From NCBI GenBank assembly GCA_050613775.1, contig JBODTK010000142.1, positions 417,264-437,263 of the forward strand: 20,000 nucleotides of DNA. Direction: 5' to 3'. The notes beneath the pieces were generated by a model. It had not been told where the DNA came from. It did no database searches and was given only the letters and a program-made list of their open reading frames with translations. The first letter of the stretch is position 1; each line of letters begins with the position of its first letter. Of this stretch, positions 1 through 11,395 are shown one piece after another. Source of the DNA: Neocallimastix sp. 'constans'. Lineage: Eukaryota. Made by a program: the position numbers and the translations under genes.

Positions 1-145
1 AAAAAAAAGAAAGAAAAATAAAAATAAAAACTACTGTAACTGTATATATTTTAATTTAGCATTCTAGAATATGAGTTAAATAATGTATTTTTTGTTCCGT
101 TTTGTTTTAAATTGTTTTTACTTTCAGCTTTATTTTTTTTTTTTT

Positions 146-1419
146 TTAAAAAGTACTCCAAGACCAATCACTTGGAACTGACATAAGAGTAGCTGGAGTT
201 GTATCATTTCCTATAATATTAAATTAGAAGAAAAAAGTATTATTATAATAATAATTAAAAATAAATTTATACCATTAAAATATAATAAAAAAAAAAAATA
301 AATAATAAAAATTAGTATATTTTTTTTTAAAGTTAATATTTAACATATAATAAATAACATACTAGTTGGTTGAGCCTTTATTATTGGTATATTAGCTGTA
401 GTATTACTACTATGAAGAGTAGTTGGAGGAATATAATTACTATATTCTATATTATATTGTAATAATTAAATTATTTTATTAATAATATTATAATTAATAT
501 TAATTATAATAAAAAAAAAAGGAGAGAGAGATTAATATTAATAATATATATTAAATATTTATAAATAATATATATTATTATTAATAATTATATAATCAAA
601 AAGAAAAGATTAAGTATTATATTAACATTTTATTCATTCTTTATATATATATTTACCTCTGTTATATAAAGAACTTCCAGCTCTGCTCTTAAATCTATTG
701 TCTGATTCTCTTATTGAAGATATAAATTCTTTTTGATAGATATTATAACAAGATCTACAAACTCTTGATAAAACACCTTTATATATATAACATATAAGAA
801 TATGAATGATTATTAATAACCAAAGATTAATATTTCAAAAAATAAAATAAAATAAAATAAATAAAATAAAAATAAATTCACTATTCTAATATTATATGAA
901 AATATAAAATAATGATACCTTTAGAATCAATTTTACAATTTCTATCTAAACGGAATGTATAACTTGCACATTGATTACAGAAAATATCACCACATCTACG
1001 GCAATGATGTCTTCTGTTAATAAATGTAAAAGGTCTATGACAAGCTGCACAAGCTTTAGCCTCTGAATCAGGCTATCATATAATAATAATATTTTTTTTA
1101 ATAATTATATTATTTTTAACATAACATTAATTAAAAAGCTTTTCATCTTTAATATATAAATACTTTTTATTTCATTTTTAACATATATATGAACTTCTTA
1201 ACTTTAAATATTTTTAATATGTGAATAAAATACCTTCCAATGACTTCTAGTTGGTGGACCTAAATCTTCAGGGGCATCTGAGAGTAATAATAAATTACCC
1301 TTTTGTGAATTGTTACTTTCCTTTCCATCTTCAGTAATTTTATTTTGTGTTTGAATAAAGGAATAATCTATTATATCATTATTATGTTCATTTTTTCTTG
1401 AGAGTTTATCGAAAAACAT
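146..1419 (-). CDS. PIB2: FYVE zinc-finger (PI3P-binding) protein, Pib2-like, 202 aa, 5 exons
   Basis: Exons (minus strand): 1419-1234, 1072-919, 776-657, 446-363, 210-146. Total 609 nt, all introns GT-AG, phases consistent. The translation carries the full FYVE signature: HWKPD...CAAC...F...RRHHCRRCGDIFCNQC...RVCRSC. The C-terminus SVPSDWSWSTF* resembles the yeast Pib2 tail (recalled as SVPANWNWSSF). The ATG follows a poly-A run. The FYVE call is strong; Pib2 orthology is inferred from the tail. Confidence 0.85.
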
Positions 1420-3036
1420 TTTTTTTTTTTTTATTTATTTATTGTCTATTTATTTTTACTTTAATTTTATATAAAATTACTATATGTATTTTTAATAGCT
1501 TTTTCTTTATCAGTATTCTTAAAATGATATATTATTTTTGATTTATATTATTTTTATTACTTTCTTATTTTTTTAATATTTAAATATATATAATCTTGGT
1601 TTAAAATAAAATATGAAATATTAATTCTCTTTTGTTGAATAAAATATTATAGTATAAAAAAATTTTTTAACAAAAGAGAATTAAGAAGATCGTATTAGAT
1701 ATATTCGATATGTAATATTTTTTAATATGATTAAATTCTATAATATTATTTTTTTTTTTTTTTTTTTTTTGAATTTTTATTATTTACTTCTAAAACTTTT
1801 CTTTAACTATTCTTTAAAAACTATATTGAATAAAAATAAAAAATAAGATAAATATAAAAATTTAAAGAATTAAAGATAAAAAAAAATTTTTTTTTTTTTT
1901 TTTTTATTATTATTATTATTGTTATTAATAAATTTTTTTAATAATTATTTTAAACATTTAAACTAAATTTTAAAAACGATTATTATTATTATTATTAATT
2001 TATTTTCAATGTCTATTAAATAAATTTTTTTTTTTTAAATTTATGTAAAAATAATCTTAATTAATATACTTATCATTTATTTATTTTATTTATTTATTTA
2101 CTTATTATTTTATTTATTATGTATATATTTATTTATTTATTTATTATTTATTTATTTATTCACTTTAAATAATTACTTTTTTGACTTTATTAAAATGGAT
2201 TTTACTAGAATTAAAATAATATTAAAATTAAAATATTTAAGGGATATTTAATTATCACTAACCAATATAAATATTTATAGAATATATTAATAAATATTTA
2301 TATGAAATCATGTAGTGCTTATTTATTTAATATATTGATGTTTACTATTATATTAATTTAAATATTATTTCAAATAAAAATTTTTAATTTTATATTTATT
2401 TAAAAAAAAGTAATATTAATAATAAAATAATAATTAAAGTTTTTACTATATATAATCATTAATAAAAATAATAAATAATATATATGTAATCATATATTAA
2501 TTTTTAAGGCATCATGTGATATATCCAATAGAATTGTATCTATTGTTCACATAAATTTATTGGATAGATATAACTTTATATATAAATATATACATAATTT
2601 ATGGATATTTTATATATATATTTTTATATATATAAAACATTCATAAGTTAAGTATTGGCTGCCTTTCTTATTTCTTTTTTTGAATTTTTATTTTACAAAA
2701 AAAAAAAAAAAATTAAAAATAACACCACCAAACTTAATTCTATATGCATTATTTAATTTTCAATGAAATAAAGAAAAATGAAAGAAAAGAAAAAATAAAA
2801 TAGTTTCTGTTGAACTTAAAATTTATATATTTATTTTATTTATATATGAAAAACAATAAATATTACAATTATGAAATTGGAAATTGAAATAAAAATAAAA
2901 TATATAAGATTAGCTATAAAATCAATTTTAATTAATATTTCACATATTCTTTTATAAAACTCAAATAATAATATATATAAATATATATAATTATTTTATA
3001 AACTTTAAAATATAAATCAATTTAGAAAATTTTAGA

Positions 3037-3073
<37 letters not shown>

Positions 3074-3647
3074 TATAGACTATCATATTTATAAATTGAA
3101 AAGATAAATATAATAAATTTCACATGGTTTCTTTTTATTAATAAACATATTTATAAATAACAATAAAATAGCCATAAAAATGTTAAATATTAAATAAAAA
3201 TAAAAATGTTATTTTTATATATATATAAAGAAATAATAAGAATAATAATAATTTTACGGAATAAAAAAAAAATTAATATTAATTATTAATTATATATTAA
3301 TTTTTTCATTTATTTATATTAAATCTAAAAAAATAAGATTTATTTTATTAATATAGCTTTAATCTCTATTTTGCCCAATTAAATTGTAACAATACATAAT
3401 AAATAAATAAATAAATAAATAAATAAATATTAACATGAAGATTTTGTATTTTTTTTCTTTTTTTCTTATTATTATTATACTCTATTAAGTAATGATAATA
3501 AAAAGTCTTTAATATAAATTTTTTTAAACGATGTATTAAACATCGCTTTCTAAAATTAAGAACAAAAAAAAAAAAAACATTTTGTTGAATTATATTACCA
3601 GATTATTCATTTCAAAAAAAAAATATATATATATATATATAAAATAA

Positions 3648-3733
3648 AAAGATTTTATAAAACAAATTAATATTAATGAAAATATATAAATAATGCCTTT
3701 TTTTTTTTTTCTTTTGTCTCAGTAAATAATTTG

Positions 3734-3764
<31 letters not shown>

Positions 3765-4025
3765 ATATTCAATGACCTTGTAAAATAATATTAAAAATAA
3801 AATATTTATTTTTATAATAATACAAAGACTTTATAAAGCAAATTAATATAAATGAAAATATATAAATAATTATACCTTTTTTTTTTTTTTTCTTTTGTTT
3901 TATTAAATTAAAAAAAAAAAAAAAGTTTATATTTAATGTTAAATTTAATGACCTTGTAAAGTAATATTTATTTAATTAACATTCAAATTTTAAAAAATAA
4001 TAAAATACTTACTTTTAAAATAATA
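3648..4025. repeat. Diverged tandem duplication, two copies of about 175-200 bp
   Basis: The block order 'tttataaa(a/g)caaattaatat(t/a)aatgaaaatatataaataat - cc(T)n-cttttgt - (A)n-gtttatatt - aatgaccttgtaaa(a/g)taatatt' occurs from about 3650 and again from about 3825. Boundaries are approximate. Confidence 0.8.
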
Positions 4026-4853
4026 ACTAAATAACTAAATAATTTATAACTAAATAATAAATATATATATCTTTTTTTTTTTTTTTTCTTTTCTATTGAA
4101 TTTTTTTATTTTTTTTTTTTTTTTTTTTTCAAATATATATATTACTGATTCATATTTGTTTATATATATAGAATTATGAACATAAATTTTATAAAAAAAA
4201 AATAAATTTTTTTATTTTTTTTTTTTTTTTTTATTTTTTTTTTATTTTTTATTTTTTTTTTTTCTCTTATTATTTTTAGAAATATTATTAAATTAATTGC
4301 AATATTCATTTTACAATAAAAAATAAAATATAAAAAAATTTTTTTTCTCTTTATATATATTTCCTTCTTATATATATATATATAAATACGTAAATTTGAA
4401 AAAAAAAAAAAAAAAAAAAAAAAATTTTTTTTCTTTTCTTTTCTTTCCTTTCCTTATCTCTCTCTTTTTTTTTTTTTTTTTTTACATCTTAATGAATTTA
4501 ATGAATTAATAAAATATAATAATAATATATATATATATGAGAAAGAGATAAAGAAAATAAAATATTTTTTATAAAAAAATATATATATATACTATTAATT
4601 TTGTAATGATATTATAATTATATTATAAAATGATTAATGAAAAAAATAATAATAATAATAATAAAAAATAATTAAAATTAAAATAAATAAAATATTTAAA
4701 TATATATAAATATATATACTAATAACTTTTTGTTATGATTTATGATTTAACAATATGATAAAAAAAAAAAAAAATTGGAATATAAAATAATAAAAAAAAT
4801 AATTTTTTTTTTTTTTTTTTTGGAAATGAATTTTAATACATCTAAAACTAAAA

Positions 4854-7149
4854 TTACACAGATGATTCTAATTCTATTTGTGAAGCATCAATTCCTAATG
4901 CATGAAGGAATAAATTAACATTAACTAATCCTTGTTCATTATCAACATCTTTTATTGTTTCAAAAACTTTTTCTCTGTTATATATAATATACATAATTTA
5001 ATTTTATAATAATAAATTAATAAATAAAATATAAAATATTAATTTATAAATCATATTTTATATTAAATTCTTTACCTGACTTCCATTACTAATGATTTTT
5101 GATATTCAATAGATTGAGCACTAATAGCAATTGCTGCTAAAAATTGCCATACACAAACATCATCTTGATCAGATCCATTTTCTGGGAATAAAGATACAAA
5201 GTTATTTCTTAAAAGATTGAATAAGTGATCATATAAATCAGACCTATACATTTATATAGATAAATAGATATTTATTTTATTTAATTAGTTATTTAGCTAT
5301 TTATTCATGCATTCATTTATTCATTTATTAACTTAAAAAAATAAAATAATATAATTTACCATTGTTGTAAATCATTTTGAATATTCGGAGAAATAACAGA
5401 TTCACTACTAATATCTTGTCTTAAAATTTCCGCTCTACTTAAGAAAACAGTTAAAATAGCTAAAGCAACTTTACATTTACCCATCCAAGTCATACTATAA
5501 CATTTTAATAATATACCAAAACATCCATTAATAATACATAATGGCATTTCTGATAAGAAATTTACTAATGGTGGCACAACGCTATTTATAAATAAATCAA
5601 CCTTATTAATAATAACAATAAAATATATATTATTATCAATTATTATAAAAAATATGAAAAAAAAAAAAAAAAAAAAAAAAGTATATATGTATATATATAT
5701 GTAGTTATTTATTTACTTCAACTGGATCTGCATTTTCAGAACAAACATCTAACTTATTTAAACGAAGTAATAATAGGTTTAAAAACGCTAATGATTGTTC
5801 TTTTGAAAGGAAATGTAATACACGAGGTATAACCTTTTTACCTTTAGAATATGACAAGAACTGAACAAATGGATGTGGTTTACTATATTTTTATAATTTA
5901 TTATTAATAAAAAATTTAAAAAAAAAAAAAAAAAAATAGAATATATATACATATATTATATATTAATATCTAATTTAATTAAATTTGATTTAAAAAAATT
6001 TAAAATATTATATAATGTTAATCATAATATAAATAATTACTCTAATGGTATTTCATCTTTAATTTTTAATTCATTCCATATTTTATTAATAAGTTCTTCT
6101 CTTTCATGTTTTCTATATTAATAATAATAAATTTATCTAATTAATAATAAATATTTATATTTTATACAATATTTATTATATAATCAATATTTACTCTTCT
6201 TCGGTTTCTTCTTCATTATCTAATTCATTATCTGAATTTTGTTCCCTATTTAAATTCTTTTGTCTTTCCTTTTGTTCTAATTTTAATATATAAGTATAAA
6301 CATTTTCTATTGATGCTAATGTTCTATAATGTGATAAACGTGTAGTTTGTTGTGGTTGTGAAGTATTACTTAATGTTTTCTTTGACTTTTATTATTATTA
6401 TTATTATATATTAAATAAATATTAATATTGTAATAATAATTAATTAATATATTTTTCAAAATTTATTTAAATATTACAAATAAAAATGAATAACATATAT
6501 TATCAATATTAATTATTATAAAAGTTGTACTTACTGCATCTTTATCTTTATTAACTTGTAATAATTGCTTTGGATTACGAACAGAATTTAAAGCGATTTT
6601 TCCTAAAGCACCTTCCAATGAAACTAATATATGTACATAAATTTAAAAAAATAAATTAAAACATAATATTTCCAATTTAATTTATATAAAAAAAAAAATT
6701 CAACATTAAATCATTAATATCAAATACTATTAAAATTTGTATTATTTAAACTTTCATAAAAATTCTAAAAAAATTAAATAAACTAAAAAAAAAAAAAAAA
6801 AAAAAGAAAAAACTCACATTGATTATTCTTGGGTTTTTGTTTTCTACCATCAATAAGATGTTGGACTTGTTGTTGCATTTGTGAAGATAAATTACCACCT
6901 TTTCCTTGTTTCATTAAATAAGTCTGTTGCCAATTAAGCTTAGATTCTCCTTGTTTATCATTATTTTTTTTCTCGGTAAACATTTGATAATAAAAATCAT
7001 CTGAATATGGATCATCAGTAATTAATTGGGAAATTTGTATTCTTGCAATTAATTCTTTTTCTTTTCTAGTCATTAGGCCACTATATTCATCCTTTTTTCA
7101 TTATTGTTATTATTGTTGTTGTGATTATTATTTATTTTATTTTATTTTA

Positions 7150-7189
<40 letters not shown>

Positions 7190-7192
7190 TCA

Positions 7193-7229
<37 letters not shown>

Positions 7230-9440
7230 TTATTTTATTTTTATTTTTATTTTTATTTTTATTTCATTTTATTTTATTTTATTTTATTTTATTTTATTTT
7301 ATTTTATTTTATTTTATTTTATTTTATTTTATTTTTTATTTAGTTTAATAAACCATTTATATATATTCATTTTTTAATAAATTTTTTGAAGAAAGTTAAA
7401 TTTGAATAATTTAAATAAGTATTTTAAATTTAATAATTATTATTAATATTAAATAAAAAATATATTGTTAATAAAAAAAAAATTCAAAATAATTATATAT
7501 ACATTTATGATTTAAAATCACAAATTCAAAATATTATTAATATTATTAATATTATAATAAATTATAATTTAATAGTTCTCTTTGAATTTAATTAATGACA
7601 TTCAATAAAAATATGAAAATTTGATGTAATTCTAAAAATAGTTTACCTCCTTTTTTTCAAAATCATTTGAATTTCGTTGATTTTTTTGATAATAATAGTT
7701 GTTGTTGTTACTCTGATATTGTTTATTATATCTATTGTTATAGTTTTGCTTTGGATTTGACATACGATTTTGAAATTGTTGATTACCATCTTGACTTAAA
7801 GATTTCTGTTGAAAAGGTTTCTGCTGAAAAGGTTGTTGATTTTGTTGTGGCTGTTTTTGCTGTTGTCGTTGTTGCATTTGTTGAAACTGTTGCTGTTGAA
7901 GTTGTTGCTGTTGCTGTTGAAGTTGTTGTTGCTGTTGCTGTTGTTGAAGTTGTAATTGGTGCTGTTGTTGAATCTGTTGTTGTTGTAATGCAATAAATGC
8001 CTGTAAATTCATATTATCGTTTGTATTTGAAAAAGAAAGTGGCATTTGAGAATTATTTACTTGATTTTGTATATTATTAGAAAGAGACTGAGCTCTAAAC
8101 GACGCTTCTAAATCTTCAAGATTTAATACACGATGTTGATCAATTTTTGGTGGTTTTGGTACTTGCTGTTGTTTTTGTTCAATTTCATTAACGAATCTAA
8201 CTTGTTGTAATTGTTGTTGTATTTGTTGAAGTTGTTGTTGCTGTAGTTGTTGTTGAAGTTGTTGTTGCTGCAATTGTTGCAACTGTTGTATTTGATGATA
8301 ATGAAATTGTTGCTGTTGCTGTTGTTGTAATTGTTTTTGAAGTTGTTGAAATTGCTGTTGCTGTAATTGCTTTTGAATTTGTTGAAATTGTTGTTGAGGT
8401 GTTAATTGTTTAGGATCCATTCCTATTTTTGCCATTTGAATACTTTGTTGCATTTGAAGTGGTGAAAAGTTAGATATATGATTTTCTAATAACATCTTTG
8501 ATTCTATTTGAGATAATGGAATACTTTTATATTTATCATAATCAAAAGGACTATTCGTACCTTCATTATTCTTAGTTTCATCTGTAATTAATTAAGATTT
8601 TAATTTAATATTTATTATAATCCATATTTTCTTCAAAATAAAATAAATAATAATAAAAATGATAGTAATTTCTATATTCACTAAAAAGTATAATATATTT
8701 AAGCAATTATTACCAGAAAAATTAGAATTTCCCGAATTATAATGATTCCAAATCTAATATTAAAAAATAGTATAATATTTAATCAAAATGTAAATGAAAC
8801 TTTATAATAATTATTTTATTATTATTATTTAAATAAATAAACTAGAAATGCTAATTTACTCTCTCATTTAACATATCAGAAGCCGATTTGTTAATATTAC
8901 TATTTTTTATTCCAAATGTTTGTTCTCTATCAATAGAACTTGAAGAATTGTTAAAAGAACTAGAGCCACTTAATTGCTTGCTGCCTAAATCTTGTCCTTT
9001 TTATATTTAAATAACCTTTTTAATTTAATAAAATATATTTGAAATTTATTTATATACTTTAAATATATTTACCTTGAATTTGCTTTTCAAAAAAAGAATT
9101 TCCTGCTGTAAAATCAAAATTTCTATCTTTATAATATCATATAATATTATTATCATATTATTTTAATTATATTTATTTTATAATTATATTATTTATTATA
9201 AAAGAAATATATATATATATATTAACATCATATTCTGATATTATATTAATAGATACCGATTTTATCCACATCTGCTGCAGCTCCAAAAGTTTCATTATTC
9301 AATTCTTCATCATCATCTAAAATTGGATTTTCTTTTAATCCAAAAGTTTCTAAATCTTGGTCTACATTACTTTTTTTCTCTTTAGATAATTCCGATTTGT
9401 CTAGAGGAGGAAGAGAAGTATCAAAACCAAAAAATGACAT
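4854..9440 (-). CDS. PAT1: Pat1 (DNA topoisomerase 2-associated protein; mRNA decapping activator, P-body scaffold), 890 aa, 13 exons
   Basis: Exons (minus strand): 9440-9257, 9126-9073, 8996-8860, 8753-8714, 8581-7647, 7091-6818, 6623-6535, 6385-6195, 6112-6041, 5882-5717, 5601-5360, 5243-5076, 4974-4854. Total 2673 nt, in frame. Motifs typical of fungal Pat1: MSFFGFDTSLP, LNNETFG...NFDF, YSGLMTRKEKELIARIQISQL...DDFYYQ, EGALGKIALNSVRNPKQLL, HPFVQFLSYSKGKKVIPR, VWQFLAAIA, VNLFLHALGIDA. Confidence 0.95.
7100..7345. repeat. Compound microsatellite (TTG/TTA)n and (TTTTA)n inside PAT1 intron 5
   Basis: Visible runs of tta and tttta units. They help make intron 5 (7092-7646, 555 nt) the longest PAT1 intron. 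Confidence 0.9.
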
Positions 9441-9776
9441 TTCTAATAATAACTAAATTAATTATTAAATTTTTAATAGAAGAGATAATTAATACTTCGT
9501 TATTTTTTTTTTTTTTTTTTTTTTTTTGTATACTATCTATATGATATAAAAAAAAAAAAAAAAATGTTTCATAAATCTTTGTCAATTTTTTATATTCTAA
9601 ATTTTTTTTTTAAAAAATTAATAATAAAATTTTCTTATGATCAAGAATTAATTCAATAGTTTTTATTTTTAATTTTCTAAATATAATAAATAATAAATTA
9701 TTTATTTATAAAAATTGATTAAAATTCAAAATTATTTCTAAAAATTGAAAATAATTATAGTAATTATGTTAATATT

Positions 9777-9813
<37 letters not shown>

Positions 9814-11266
9814 TTATGGAATTATAATTTATGTTTTATAAATGCTGGATCCATCATTTTTAAATATATAATAAAATTACTTTTAATAAAAAACTTGAAA
9901 TATATATTATTAATTATATATATTTATATATATATTAATATAAATTTTGTTTATACAATTCTATAATTTCACTGTTGATATAAATAAAATCAAATAATAT
10001 TGCATTTAAAGAATTATGTTTTCTTTACTTCAAACCCAACAATTTATTATATATATAGTAAAATATTTTACTTTATTCTTTAATTATTATTTTTATCACA
10101 ATTGATTTTTTTTTTTTTTTTAAACTTCTTTAATTATTATTTATTATTATCCTCTTTAGTTGTAAAAAATATATATAATAAAAAGAAAGCAAAATATTGT
10201 TAATCATAAACAATTATTATATAATTAACAATAATATAAGTTAATATATATAATATAAAAATATAACATGCCATGAATCATATTACAAATATAATATTAA
10301 TATGAATAAAATACAATTATTTAATATATTATTAATTATTTATAATATATTATTCTTTAATAAATTTATTAATTAATTATTAATATTATTAATAATTATT
10401 TATTTATTTATTTATTTATTATTTATTTATTATATATATATTTATTTATTATTTATTTATTATTTATTTATTTATTATTTATTTATTTATTTATTTATTT
10501 GTAACTATTAATTATGGATTTTTATTATTATTATAATTAATACTACTATAATTATATTATTTGAATTAGTATATAATTAATAATATTATAATTATATTAT
10601 TTGTAAGAAATAAATATTAATTTTATTATTTAATGGATTACAATAAAAATAATTATCTGTTTATATTATACATTTATAAGCTAAAATAAAAAAAAAAAAA
10701 ATTAGTTTTTCATTAAACCAAATTAATATTCTTTTCTATAAATAGATATCTTTACATTTTTTTATTATATTATTTTTATTCATTATAGTAAAAAATAAAA
10801 ATTTAGACTTTTATTTTGTTGTAATATCACAATATAGACAAATATGAAATTATTTTTATTTTTTTAATAATTTTATATATTAGAATTGTAAAAAAAATAC
10901 CCAGTTATTTTCAAGCTATAAAAAAAATATTATATATCAAAAATATTTATATTATAAAAATAGTTAAAAAAAATAATAAATAAGCTTTAATATCATGACT
11001 ATATATCATGGATTTATCCTATAAAAAATTAAAGTTAATTTAATTCATATATTAAAAAGGAAATAATTATTTTAAATTTATCTGAATTAATTTTATAAAA
11101 GATTATTAATCTATATTTTATATAAAATATTAAGATAATAAGGATTAGATTAAATTAATATAGGATTGTGCATTTTACAATGTGGTGTATATAATTTTAA
11201 ATAAAGCCATACATTTTTAAGATATTCTATACAATCATGAATAAATATATAAATAATTATTATTTT

Positions 11267-11395
11267 AAAGAAATAATAATATATTTTTTCAATTAAATAT
11301 TATTAAATAACATATTTCAAAAGAAATAATAATATATTTTTTCAATTAAATATTATTAAATAACATATTTCAAAAGAAATAATAATATATTTTTT
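11267..11395. repeat. 53-bp tandem repeat, about 2.4 near-identical copies
   Basis: Unit aaagaaataataatatattttttcaattaaatattattaaataacatatttca starts at 11267, 11320 and 11373 (last copy partial). Confidence 0.9.

Noticed and set aside
7121..7348. 75-aa plus-strand ORF (poly I/Y/F)
   Set aside because: It is a translation of TTA/TTTTA microsatellites inside PAT1 intron 5, not a real protein.
7667..7996. 109-aa Val/Ala-rich plus-strand ORF and overlapping 65-aa Asn-rich minus-strand ORF (7796-7993)
   Set aside because: These are antisense and alternate-frame shadows of the CAA/CAG polyQ exon of PAT1.
9745..9966. 73-aa hydrophobic ORF
   Set aside because: It has a TTG start, a poly-T-derived Phe run and intergenic composition, with no recognisable motif.
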